Position numbers and translations under genes: made by a program
NCBI GenBank assembly: GCA_963704885.1
Contig: CAVPIB010000008.1
Location: forward strand, 32,001 to 96,000
Reading direction: 5' to 3'
DNA: 64,000 bases
DNA from: an uncultured Actinomycetes bacterium
Lineage (GTDB): Bacteria; Actinomycetota; UBA4738; HRBIN12
In this document: one piece after another, positions 19,911 to 29,269 of the stretch
Layout of the letters: every line of letters begins with the position of its first letter
Numbering within the stretch: the stretch's first letter is position 1
The notes under the pieces: model-generated
Database searches by the model: none
Told to the model about the DNA's origin: nothing
What the model saw: only the letters and a program-made list of their open reading frames with translations

Positions 19911-20918
19911 GTGACGACCCCCCGTGAGCGCAGCGAGCAGATCGAGCGTGACACCCTTTCTCCGCGCGCCACGCTGGCGTCGGCGTCCAAGGGGCGCGAA
20001 CGCGACGAGCCGCAGGACGCCATCCGCACCGTCTTCCAGCGCGATCGCGACCGGATAGTCCACGCCAAGGCTTTCCGCCGTCTCAAGCACAAGACGCAGG
20101 TGTTCCTCGCGCCCGAGGGTGATCACTACCGGGTCCGCCTGACCCACACCCTCGATGTCAGCCAGATCGCCCGCACCGTTGCCAGGGCACTCGGTCTGAA
20201 CGAGGACCTCACCGAGGCCATAGCGCTCGGCCACGACCTGGGCCATACCCCCTTCGGCCACCTGGGCGAACAGGCGCTGACGCCGTTCCTGGGTCGTCCC
20301 TTCCGCCACTCCGAGCAGAGCCTGCGCGTCGTGGATCACCTGGAGAACGATGGGCAGGGGCTGAACCTGACTTGGGAGGTCCGCGACGGCATCCTGCATC
20401 ACCCATGGTCCATGCCGTCGCCGTCCACGCTGGAGGCCCAGATCGTGAGGTTCGCCGACCGGATCGCCTACATCAACCACGACGTGGACGACGCGGTCCG
20501 TGCCGGCGTCCTCCGTGAGGACGAGCTGCCTCGCGCGGCGCTCGACGTCTTGGGCGACACCCACGGCCGGCGGATCAACACGCTGGTCACCGACCTGGTG
20601 ACCCAGAGCGAGGATCAGCCCGAGATCCAGCTCTCGCCGCAGGTATTCGCGGCGCTGGACGCGCTGCGTGACTTCATGTTCGACCAGGTCTACATGCGCG
20701 AGGGGGCCAGGGAGGAGAACGAGAAGGCTGTGAAGCTGATCCGGGATCTGTTCGCGCACTACCTCGAACACCCCGACGAGATGCCGTCCGAGTACCATCA
20801 GGCGCCGGGGGACCTCCCGACCCGCGTGGCCGACTTCATCGCCGGCATGACGGATCGGTACGCCCTTCGGACATACGAGCGGCTCGTCCTTCCCCAGGGG
20901 TGGCTCATCGAGAGGTAG
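19911..20918 (+). CDS. dgt: Deoxyguanosinetriphosphate triphosphohydrolase-like protein
   Basis: FQRDRDRIVH, FRRLKHKTQVF, RLTH, HDLGHTPFGH, ADRIAY..HDVDD, DFIAGMTD. Confidence 0.95.
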   Translation: MTTPRERSEQIERDTLSPRATLASASKGRERDEPQDAIRTVFQRDRDRIVHAKAFRRLKHKTQVFLAPEGDHYRVRLTHTLDVSQIARTVARALGLNEDLTEAIALGHDLGHTPFGHLGEQALTPFLGRPFRHSEQSLRVVDHLENDGQGLNLTWEVRDGILHHPWSMPSPSTLEAQIVRFADRIAYINHDVDDAVRAGVLREDELPRAALDVLGDTHGRRINTLVTDLVTQSEDQPEIQLSPQVFAALDALRDFMFDQVYMREGAREENEKAVKLIRDLFAHYLEHPDEMPSEYHQAPGDLPTRVADFIAGMTDRYALRTYERLVLPQGWLIER

Positions 20919-20958
20919 AGCGGTATCCCGGCGGCACATCTGTACGGAACGGGGCGGA

Positions 20959-22746
20959 GTGGCGGGCAGGATCAGGCAGGAAGACGTCGAGGCGGTCAGG
21001 GAGCGGACCGACATGGTCAAGCTCGTCGGCCAGTACCTGACGCTCAAGAAGGCAGGCGGCGACAACATGACCGGCCTGTGCCCGTTCCACCAGGAGAAGA
21101 CGCCTTCCTTCAGCATCTCTCCGGCCAAGCAGCTCTTCTACTGCCACGGCTGCGGCAAGGGAGGCGATGCCATCGGGTTCCTGCGCGAGCTCGAGCACCT
21201 CGGCTTCACCGAGGCCGTCGAACGGCTGGCGCAGCAGGCCGGCATCACCCTGCGCTACGAGGGCGATTCGCCCGCCGAGCGCCGAGCCGCCGCACGCCGT
21301 ATCGCGCTGATCAAGGCGAACGAAGAGGCGGCGCGGCTCTTCGCGAAGATGCTCGCGGACGGCCGAGAGGCCGATGAGGCCCGCGCCTACGTCGCTGGCC
21401 GCGGCATAACCCCCGAGTCCGTCGAACGGTTCGCGATCGGCTACGCGCCCACCTACCCGGACTTCCTGCTTCGGCGTATGAGTCGCGAGTTCTCCCCCGA
21501 GATCTTGTTGGAGGCGGGTCTGGCCACCCGCGGCGACGACGGCAGTGCCGTCCGCGATCGGTTCCGCGGCCGCATCACGTTCCCCATCCACGATCTGCAG
21601 GGGCGCGGCATCGGCTTCGGAGCGCGGATCTTGCCGACGGATCCTCGCGCCTCCGAGCAAGCCAAGTACCTCAACACCGCCGAGACGCCCATCTACAAGA
21701 AGAACGAGGTCCTGTTCCATCTGGCGGCGGCGCGCGGTGCGATCGCCCGCGCGGGCGAGGTCTACGTGGTCGAGGGATACACCGACGTGATCGGCCTGGT
21801 GCAGGCGGGGATCGAGAACGCTGTAGCCACCTGTGGCACGGCGTTGGGGGAGGGGCACTTCCGTCTGCTGAGCCGGTTCGCGCAGCGCGCGGTCCTGGCG
21901 TTCGACTCGGACGAGGCGGGAGCACGCGCGGCGGAACGTGCGTACCAGTTCCAAGAGACGTTCCCCGTGCAGGCGGTCGTCATGATCATGCCGCAGGGTT
22001 TGGACCCCGCCGACTTCGTGGCCAAGCACGGCGCGGACGCCGTTCGCGAGGCCGCGAAGACATCTCGGCCGCTGGTGGAGTACATGGTGCGCCGAACGGT
22101 GGCGCGACACGATCTGTCCACGGTCGAAGGGCAGTCGGCCGCCGTCGCCGACGCGCTGCCCATCCTGGAGGGTCTGTCGGATCCGGTGCGCCGCAGCGAA
22201 TACGGCCACCTGCTGGCCGACATCGCGGGAGTCTCGGACTCCTCGGTGATGCAGGCGCTGGAGCGCCGGCTGGGTGGTCGTCCTCAGGAGATCGCCAAGA
22301 CCATGAAGCGCGTCTCCGCCCAGGACAAAGTGGAGCGCGAGATGCTGAAGCTCCTCGCGCGCGACGACCAGATCTACCAGGCCTACATCGGCCAGCTGGA
22401 GCCCGATCACTTCCGCAACGCGGGCCACAAGCGCACGTTCCAGGCGATCGTCGAAGCCAACGGCGATATCGGCGCCATCGGGGGCGGAGAGGATGCGAAG
22501 CTCGCCGCGGCCGTGTCGTCGCTCGCGGTCGAGGAGCTCGACGGTGAGCCCGACCCCGAGTACGCGCGCAGCGTGTGGATGCGTCTGCAGGAGTTCCTGT
22601 TGAAGAGCAGGAGTGATGCCATGCGCATGACGCTGCAGAAGCTGAACCCCACGACCAGTCCCGAGTACGACGATCTCTTCAGGGAGCTGGTGGCGGTGGA
22701 CGGCGACCTGCGAAGGCTGCGTCACTCGGATCCCGATGTGGACTAG
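20959..22746 (+). CDS. dnaG: DNA primase
   Basis: CPFHQEKTPSF and CHGC zinc finger, DRFRGRITFPI, KYLNT, VEGYTDV, FDSDEAG, DPAD. Confidence 0.97.
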   Translation: MAGRIRQEDVEAVRERTDMVKLVGQYLTLKKAGGDNMTGLCPFHQEKTPSFSISPAKQLFYCHGCGKGGDAIGFLRELEHLGFTEAVERLAQQAGITLRYEGDSPAERRAAARRIALIKANEEAARLFAKMLADGREADEARAYVAGRGITPESVERFAIGYAPTYPDFLLRRMSREFSPEILLEAGLATRGDDGSAVRDRFRGRITFPIHDLQGRGIGFGARILPTDPRASEQAKYLNTAETPIYKKNEVLFHLAAARGAIARAGEVYVVEGYTDVIGLVQAGIENAVATCGTALGEGHFRLLSRFAQRAVLAFDSDEAGARAAERAYQFQETFPVQAVVMIMPQGLDPADFVAKHGADAVREAAKTSRPLVEYMVRRTVARHDLSTVEGQSAAVADALPILEGLSDPVRRSEYGHLLADIAGVSDSSVMQALERRLGGRPQEIAKTMKRVSAQDKVEREMLKLLARDDQIYQAYIGQLEPDHFRNAGHKRTFQAIVEANGDIGAIGGGEDAKLAAAVSSLAVEELDGEPDPEYARSVWMRLQEFLLKSRSDAMRMTLQKLNPTTSPEYDDLFRELVAVDGDLRRLRHSDPDVD

Positions 22747-22827
22747 GAACGCAACGGCCGATCGGGTCACAGGCCTATCTGGTTTCGTACACTCGTGAAA
22801 CCGTGCATCGTTCGCTGAGGAGACCCA

Positions 22828-24141
22828 TTGGCTGAAGCGGTCCGCGATGAAGCGCCGATGAGTCTGGACGAAGTCAAGGAAGCCATCACCGCCAAAGGGC
22901 GTGAGCGTGGCTTCGTCACATCGGAAGACCTTCTGGAAACCGTCCCGGTAGATGACCTCACCCCCGAACAGGTCGAGGAGTTCCTGACCCAGATCCAGGA
23001 GCACCTGACGGCCGAGTCCATCGAGGTCATCGAGGTTCCAGGCGAGGATTCCGACCCAGCCACCAACGTCCGCATCGAGGTCGACCTGCTGAAGGCGCCG
23101 ACCAACGACCCGGTCCGGATGTACCTGAAGGAGATCGGCAAGGTCCCGCTGCTGAACGCTGCGCAGGAGGTTGACCTGGCCCGTCGGATCGAGGCCGGCG
23201 AGTTCTCCACGGCGCTCCAGCAGACGATCGAGGATGAGGAGAAGCCCGATCCCAAGCGCCTGAAGCACGTGGTCGAGAAGGTCTGGGAGATCCGTGACCA
23301 TCAGCTGACCGCGTTCGGCAAGGTGGAGGGCATCGGCCGCGAGAAGATCGCCAAGTCCTACCGGCCCAAGACCGATGAGGAGATGGAAGCGTGGCTGAAG
23401 CGCGTGGAGCGCGACGGTCAGCTCGCCAAGAAGAAGCTGATCGAGGCCAACCTGAGGCTGGTGGTCTCGATCGCCAAACGCTACGTGGGGCGAGGGATGC
23501 TGTTCCTGGATCTGATCCAGGAAGGCAACCTGGGCCTGATCCGTGCGGTCGAGAAGTTCGACCACTCCAAGGGGTTCAAGTTCTCAACGTACGCCACGTG
23601 GTGGATCCGTCAGGCCATCACGCGTGCGATCGCCGATCAGGCACGGACCATCAGGATCCCAGTGCACATGGTCGAGACCATCAACAAGCTGGTTCGCGTG
23701 CAGCGGCAGCTGCTCCAAGACCTCGGCCGTGAGCCCACGCCGGACGAGATCGGCAAGGTCATGGGGATCGGCGCCGACAAGGTTCGCGAGATCCAGAAGG
23801 TGTCGCAGGAACCGGTTTCACTCGAGACCCCGATCGGCGAGGAGGAGGACTCCCACCTCGGCGACTTCATCGAGGACTCGGAGGCCGTGGTTCCGGTGGA
23901 CGCCGCATCGTTCATCCTGCTTCAGGAGCAGCTGGAGAGTGTGCTTCACACCCTGAGCGAACGCGAGAAGAAGGTGATCCAGCTGCGGTTCGGCCTTGTC
24001 GACGGCCATCCGCGAACGCTCGAAGAGGTGGGCCGCGAGTTCGGCGTAACACGCGAGCGGATCCGCCAGATCGAATCCAAGACGCTGTCGAAGCTGCGGC
24101 ACCCCTCGCGGAGCCAGAAGCTCCGCGACTACCTAGAGTAG
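22828..24141 (+). CDS. rpoD: Primary RNA polymerase sigma factor (RpoD/SigA)
   Basis: Region 1.1 present; [66 protein letters not shown] start with SD GAGGAG. Confidence 0.97.
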   Translation: MAEAVRDEAPMSLDEVKEAITAKGRERGFVTSEDLLETVPVDDLTPEQVEEFLTQIQEHLTAESIEVIEVPGEDSDPATNVRIEVDLLKAPTNDPVRMYLKEIGKVPLLNAAQEVDLARRIEAGEFSTALQQTIEDEEKPDPKRLKHVVEKVWEIRDHQLTAFGKVEGIGREKIAKSYRPKTDEEMEAWLKRVERDGQLAKKKLIEANLRLVVSIAKRYVGRGMLFLDLIQEGNLGLIRAVEKFDHSKGFKFSTYATWWIRQAITRAIADQARTIRIPVHMVETINKLVRVQRQLLQDLGREPTPDEIGKVMGIGADKVREIQKVSQEPVSLETPIGEEEDSHLGDFIEDSEAVVPVDAASFILLQEQLESVLHTLSEREKKVIQLRFGLVDGHPRTLEEVGREFGVTRERIRQIESKTLSKLRHPSRSQKLRDYLE

Positions 24142-24152
24142 TCCGCCTCAGA

Positions 24153-24416
24153 CTAGTTCCAGACCGCCTCGTCGCTCTCGTAGTCGCTCATGCGATCGCG
24201 TAGCGAGCCGCGTGCACGCTTGATCATGTCGAGGCTCTTCATCGTGGCTTGATCGGCCAACCGCTTCCCCTGCGCGGACACCGTACGAGCTGTGCGGCTC
24301 CCGGATTCGCGACGTGGGCCGCTGACGACGTTCGGGTCGTCCTCGCGCATCTTGGCCGCCAACTTGTAGCCGATGAAGATCCCGAGTCCGATCAGGATCA
24401 GGTTGCGAAGTCTCAT
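24153..24416 (-). CDS. Small membrane-anchored protein (YtxH-like)
   Basis: MRLRNLILIGLGIFIGYKLAAK N-terminal anchor followed by a charged helical tail. Confidence 0.6.
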   Translation of the reverse strand: MRLRNLILIGLGIFIGYKLAAKMREDDPNVVSGPRRESGSRTARTVSAQGKRLADQATMKSLDMIKRARGSLRDRMSDYESDEAVWN

Positions 24417-24521
24417 GGTGGAGCCCCCAGGCGTCGTGGGCTGACAGCCTATCGCGATGCTCGGCAAGCTGGGAGGCTCGCGGGGAGAGCGATGACCGGC
24501 TGGTAGGCTCCGCGACTCTCG

Positions 24522-26246
24522 ATGGGGATCCGTCGAAACCTCCTCGCCTCGCTCCTGGCCGCGCTGACCTTGCTGGCGGCTTGTACCTCCACGGGGTCCG
24601 ACCCCGGCGATGGCCCCAGCGGAGCCGGGACGACCGGCCCGTCGGTCGAGCCGACGTCGCCTGGGTCCGTGCCGGACGGTGCGATCGAGCGCGCGGTATG
24701 CGCGATACCCGATCTGCTGCTGTCCAGGACGTGGCGCGGGGACCGGCGCGACCGATCCGGCGACATCCAACTGCTCCCGAAGGAACCGAACTTCGTCGGA
24801 CACGGCGGCCTGCCGCATTCAGGACCGTGGGACTACATCTCGGCCGTGCCGTTGCTCTGGTACGGGCCCGGCCACATCCGCGAGGCAGGCGAGATCGGTC
24901 GACGTGTAACGCTAGCCGACCTGGCGCCGACCACGGGCGAGCTGATCGGATTCCCGTTCGACGCGCCGGACGGCCAAGTGCTGCAGGACGCACTGGAGCC
25001 GGGAGCCACGCCGGCGAAGCTGGTCGTGACGGTCGTGTGGGACGGCGCCGGGAGCGAAGTACTGAGTGCATGGCCCGACGACTGGCCGTACCTCCGGTCG
25101 CTGATCCCGAGGGGTGTGTGGTACGAGCGCGCGGAGGTGGGGTCGTCGCCACCGAGCACCGCGCAGATCCACGCGACGATGGGGACCGGCGCGTTCAGCC
25201 GGAACCACGGCATCGTGGCGCACCATTTCCGGATCGGCGCAACCCTGACGGATCCCTGGACCCGCGGGCCGGGCTCGCTGATCCTGCCGACGATCGGCGA
25301 TCTATACGACCAGGCGCGCGGCAACGAGCCGTTGATCGGCGCCATCGCGACCGTCGCGATCCACCTGGGGATGCTGGGGCACGGCTCCTACATGACGGGG
25401 GGCGACCGGGACCTGGCCGTCACGCGCGAGATCGAGGGCGCGGCGACGCTCGGCGCCGAGGGCGTCCGCTGGCGCCTCACAGGCAACGTCAAGCCGTACT
25501 ACGACTTCCCCGCCTACGTGAACAGACTCCCGAGGATCTCGAACTACTTCGGCGATGTGGATCGAAGCGACGGCCAGCTCGACGGCGCGTGGCACGGCCA
25601 CGATCTGGCGGGGCCCGAGACGCTCGGTGGCTTCATGACTCCGGCGCGGATCCCGTACCAGAACGACCTGATCGAGGAGGTCGTGCGACGCGAGGGCTTC
25701 GGTGCAGACGACGTGCCCGACCTGCTGTACATCAACTACAAGCTGACCGACGAGATCGGGCACACGGACTCGATGAACAGCGTCGAGATGTCTGACGCCG
25801 TGCGTGCCACGGACGAGGGACTGCGAGAACTGGTCGGGATCCTCGACTCGGTCGTGGGCGAGGGGGAGTGGGCGATGGCGGTCACGGCCGACCACGGCCA
25901 CACGCCCGACCCGGACGTGAGCGGGGCGTACGTGATCTCGCCCACGGCGGTGGCCGACGTGACGAACGCTGCGTTCGACCTGGACGACGACGAGGTGAAG
26001 GTCGTCGAGTACACCCAGCCGACGCAGGTGTTCATCAATCAGGGCGAGCTGGCCGAGCACGGATCCACCCTGAACGACGTGTCGGCGTTCCTGATGGGGC
26101 TGACGTTCCGCGACGTCGGTTCGCCAACGTGGCCCGTTCCCGAGGGGAGTTTGGACCAGAAGGCGTTCGTGGCGGCTTACCCGTCTCAACTGCTCGACAC
26201 CCTCGCGTGCGTCCCTCGCGGTCCCGGACCGGCGGGTTCCGGATGA
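24522..26246 (+). CDS. Alkaline phosphatase superfamily (PafA/PhoK/NPP-like) lipoprotein, circularly permuted
   Basis: Lipobox LAAC; KLVVTVVWDG, STAQIHATMGTG..HGI, TDEIGH, TADHG. The usual C-terminal HxxP..VPL..YG / DLAPT block sits at the N-terminus. Confidence 0.85.
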   Translation: MGIRRNLLASLLAALTLLAACTSTGSDPGDGPSGAGTTGPSVEPTSPGSVPDGAIERAVCAIPDLLLSRTWRGDRRDRSGDIQLLPKEPNFVGHGGLPHSGPWDYISAVPLLWYGPGHIREAGEIGRRVTLADLAPTTGELIGFPFDAPDGQVLQDALEPGATPAKLVVTVVWDGAGSEVLSAWPDDWPYLRSLIPRGVWYERAEVGSSPPSTAQIHATMGTGAFSRNHGIVAHHFRIGATLTDPWTRGPGSLILPTIGDLYDQARGNEPLIGAIATVAIHLGMLGHGSYMTGGDRDLAVTREIEGAATLGAEGVRWRLTGNVKPYYDFPAYVNRLPRISNYFGDVDRSDGQLDGAWHGHDLAGPETLGGFMTPARIPYQNDLIEEVVRREGFGADDVPDLLYINYKLTDEIGHTDSMNSVEMSDAVRATDEGLRELVGILDSVVGEGEWAMAVTADHGHTPDPDVSGAYVISPTAVADVTNAAFDLDDDEVKVVEYTQPTQVFINQGELAEHGSTLNDVSAFLMGLTFRDVGSPTWPVPEGSLDQKAFVAAYPSQLLDTLACVPRGPGPAGSG

Positions 26247-26311
26247 CCGGTCGGTCGGTCGGTCGTTGAGATGGCCTCGAGAGGCCCGCTGCTAGACTGC
26301 CCTCCGTTCCT

Positions 26312-26387
26312 TCCGGGGTAGCTCAATCGGCAGAGCGGCGGACTGTTAATCCGTAGGTTGTGGGTTCGAGTCCCACCCCCGGAGCCA
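26312..26387 (+). tRNA. tRNA-Asn (GTT), CCA encoded
   Basis: Acceptor stem TCCGGGG/CCCCGGA, D-arm GCTC/GAGC, anticodon loop CTGTTAA, T-arm GTGGG-TTCGAGT-CCCAC; TAGACT -10 upstream. Confidence 0.97.
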
Positions 26388-26503
26388 CCGTTCCTAACGT
26401 CGGACCTGGTCACCTCGCAGCCGTAGGCGCTCAACTCAAAGGGACCGGTGCCATTCGCCTGCATGCTGCCCCACGACCCGTCCGTTCGGATTAGGGTTCG
26501 TTC

Positions 26504-26914
26504 ATGCCCGACCCGTTACCCCAACGCAACCTGATACTCATCCTGGCGAGGAACTTCGCCTCGCGCCTGGCCACCGCCGTCTTCCTCGTGGATGCCGAGG
26601 GGCGCGTCATCTTCTTCAACGAAGCGGCCGAACGTCTGCTGGGCCAGCGATTCGTCGAGGGCCACGGCATGACACCCGCCGAGTACGCCAAGCTCTTCCA
26701 GCCATCTGACGACGAGGGGAACCCGATCCCGATATTGGAGACGCCCCTCGGTGTCGCGTTCGCGCGGGGCGAGCCGGGTCACGGACGACTCAAGATCCGT
26801 GGCGCCGATGGCATCACGCGGTCGATCGAGGCCACTGCTTTCCCGCTCCTCGCCCACACGGACGAGCTCGTCGGGGCGATCACTATCTTCTGGGAGCTCC
26901 CGGACGGGAGGTAG
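26504..26914 (+). CDS. Stand-alone PAS domain protein
   Basis: AVFLVDAEGRVIFFNEAAERLLG ... ADG ... ATAFPL ... VGAITIF. Confidence 0.85.
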   Translation: MPDPLPQRNLILILARNFASRLATAVFLVDAEGRVIFFNEAAERLLGQRFVEGHGMTPAEYAKLFQPSDDEGNPIPILETPLGVAFARGEPGHGRLKIRGADGITRSIEATAFPLLAHTDELVGAITIFWELPDGR

Positions 26915-27757
26915 ATGCGGGCGCGGATCTGGGGATGTCGCGGCTCCATCGCCACGCCGGTTTCGGAGACGGCGCGATACGGAGGGAACACCTCGTGCAT
27001 CGAGGTGCGGCTCGATGACGGAACCTTGCTCATCCTTGACGCGGGAACGGGAGCGCGAGGGCTCGGTCTCGCCCTTCTCGAGGATCCGCCTGAGAGGATC
27101 CACCTGCTCCTCACGCATCTCCACGTCGACCACTTGGAGGGTCTCGGGGCCTTCGAGCCGATCTGGCGTGCCGATACCGACCTGCACATCTGGGGACCGG
27201 CGTCGCCTATAGCCTCGCTCGACGAGCGGATCGCCACGTACTTCTCGCCTCCGTTGTTCCCGATCCACATGTCGGAAGTGCCAGCCCGGTGCACGTTCCA
27301 TGACTCTCCCGAGAACCGATGGCAGATCGGCGGCGCGACGCTGTGGTCGGCTCCGATCCAGCATCCGGGTGCGACCGTCGGCTATCGGATCGAGGCCGAT
27401 GGGAAGGTGCTGACGTATCTCACCGACCACGAGCCGGCTCTCGGCGTGGACCTTCGAACCATGCCTCCGGACTGGATCTCGGGGTTCGCGCTGGCGTCTC
27501 GCGCGGACGTACTGGTCCACGATTGCCAGTACACGCCGGAGGAGTACGAAAGGCGTTTCGGCTACGGTCACTCGAGCACCGAGCACGTGGCCGTGTTCGC
27601 CGAGAAGGCCGATGTCGATCGTCTGGTGCTCTTCCACCACGACCCGATGCACACCGACGTGCAACTAGACGCGATGCGCGACGACGTCGTCGATCGGTGG
27701 CGCGCGGACCCGGAGCGATGCCTGCTGGCGACCGAGGGTGCTGAGTTGATCCTCTAG
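26915..27757 (+). CDS. MBL-fold metallo-hydrolase (RNase Z / cyclic-nucleotide phosphodiesterase-like)
   Basis: WGCRGS, YGGNTSC, DAGTG, THLHVDH, HPG, TDHE, GHS, FHHDP; abuts the PAS gene. Confidence 0.88.
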   Translation: MRARIWGCRGSIATPVSETARYGGNTSCIEVRLDDGTLLILDAGTGARGLGLALLEDPPERIHLLLTHLHVDHLEGLGAFEPIWRADTDLHIWGPASPIASLDERIATYFSPPLFPIHMSEVPARCTFHDSPENRWQIGGATLWSAPIQHPGATVGYRIEADGKVLTYLTDHEPALGVDLRTMPPDWISGFALASRADVLVHDCQYTPEEYERRFGYGHSSTEHVAVFAEKADVDRLVLFHHDPMHTDVQLDAMRDDVVDRWRADPERCLLATEGAELIL

Positions 27758-27869
27758 TGTCTCGACACCGCGCCCGGTGCGGTCCCGCCGATCCGTGGTG
27801 TTAACTCCCTCTTCAAGTGTGGTGTGAGCACCGTGAGCGTCTGTGCCCTCCCGGCCGTACCGTCTTGGT

Positions 27870-29258
27870 ATGAAACGATCCGTCGTTGCACTGTTGATCT
27901 TGACCCTCGCAGCGGCGAGCTGTGACGCGGCATCGCCTGCTCCTGCGACGCCCACCTCGGCCGGCCGGAGCGATGGTCTCCACCATGTGGTCCTAGACAC
28001 GGACCTAGCCTTCGACGACATCATGGCGCTCCTCTACCTCCTGCGCCGCGACGACGTATCGGTGGATGCGGTGACCGTGGCAGGGACGGGGGAGGCTCAC
28101 TGTGACCCCGGGGTCCGCAACGCCCAGGCGCTCTTGGCTCTGGGCGGCTCCCCAGATACCCCCGTCGCCTGTGGTCGCGAGACGCCGCTCGACGGCTCGA
28201 ACGCCTTCCCCGACGAGTGGCGTGTCGCGGTCGACGATCTGTCGATGCTCGATCTGCCGCAGGTGAGCGGCGAGGCGGACCCGAGAGGTGCGGCCGGGCT
28301 GCTGCTCGATTCGCTCGACGGCGAGACTACCCTGATCACCCTGGGGCCGCTCACGAACGTCGCCGAGGCGCTCCGGGTCGATCCGACGCTCGCCGAGCGG
28401 GTGCCGACCTTCGTCGCCATGGCCGGTGCGATCGATGTCGCGGGTAATGCCCCGGGAGAGGTTGCGGAGTACAACGTGTGGGCGGATCCTCTAGCTGCGA
28501 AGGAGGTTATCGAGGGCATGGGTGTGGCGCTCGTCCCGCTCGACGCCACCAACGACGTCCCTTTCACCCGGTACTTCGCGGACGTGCTCGAGCAGAACCT
28601 GCGGACACCGGAGGCTGAGGCTGTGTTCACGCTCATCGGCGCGAACGAGGACCAGTTCTTCAGTGACGGGTACTCGTTCTGGGACACGTTGGCGACGGCC
28701 CTGGTCTTCGAGCCCGATATCGCAACGTGGGATGAGGCTTCCGTTTCCGTCACCCCGTCGGCGTCCGCGGCCGGCTGGATCGCTCGCCTCGACAAAGGCT
28801 CGCCCGTTCGCTTCGCAGACGCAGTGCCCGATCCCCTCGAGTTCGAGCGGGAGTACCTCTCGACGCTCACGGGAGGTCCGGTCGGCGCCCTGCGGCCTGA
28901 GCCCACCCTGACGGTGGCCTTCGACGGCCGGCGATGCACGGTGTCTCCGACGTCGATCCCCTCTGGTTCTCACGACGTCGCCTATATCGCCCCGACCGAG
29001 TCCGGATCCGCCGCGATCCTCGTTCGGTTCCGAGCTGGTTCGTCCTACGAGAAGCTGCGGGATGCACTCGGGCCTCCCGGCTCGGAGGTCAACACGGAGG
29101 ACCCCGCGATCATGAAGACCGAGCCGTTCGCGTGGATCCTCGGGCTGACTCCGGTCGAGATCCCCGCCGGGATGATCGCGGCCGTATGCGTGACAGGTGA
29201 GGAGAGCGGGGACGCGCCGCCACGAGCCTGGCTCAGTCCAAGGGTCGACGTGACATGA
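27870..29258 (+). CDS. Nucleoside hydrolase (IU-NH fold) lipoprotein with an extra C-terminal domain
   Basis: Lipobox AASC; DTDLAFDD, LGPLTNVA, AEYNVWADP, PLDAT, SFWDT. Confidence 0.85.
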   Translation: MKRSVVALLILTLAAASCDAASPAPATPTSAGRSDGLHHVVLDTDLAFDDIMALLYLLRRDDVSVDAVTVAGTGEAHCDPGVRNAQALLALGGSPDTPVACGRETPLDGSNAFPDEWRVAVDDLSMLDLPQVSGEADPRGAAGLLLDSLDGETTLITLGPLTNVAEALRVDPTLAERVPTFVAMAGAIDVAGNAPGEVAEYNVWADPLAAKEVIEGMGVALVPLDATNDVPFTRYFADVLEQNLRTPEAEAVFTLIGANEDQFFSDGYSFWDTLATALVFEPDIATWDEASVSVTPSASAAGWIARLDKGSPVRFADAVPDPLEFEREYLSTLTGGPVGALRPEPTLTVAFDGRRCTVSPTSIPSGSHDVAYIAPTESGSAAILVRFRAGSSYEKLRDALGPPGSEVNTEDPAIMKTEPFAWILGLTPVEIPAGMIAAVCVTGEESGDAPPRAWLSPRVDVT

Positions 29259-29269
29259 GCTCGGTCAAG

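Noticed and set aside
19833-21128. Apparent 573-aa ORF fused to the cupredoxin
   Set aside because: The upstream part is the antisense of dgt/dnaG; the cupredoxin has its own SD, ATG (19832) and lipobox.
20905-23565. 886-aa antisense ORF over dnaG/rpoD, and similar long antisense ORFs (11674-13248, 32507-34300, 36527-38047, 51773-53590)
   Set aside because: Stop-poor antisense frames are expected from high-GC codon bias; they have no motifs and fully overlap well-supported genes.
26249-26265. (GGTC)4 microsatellite after the phosphatase stop codon
   Set aside because: Short, intergenic and plausible by chance in GC-rich DNA.
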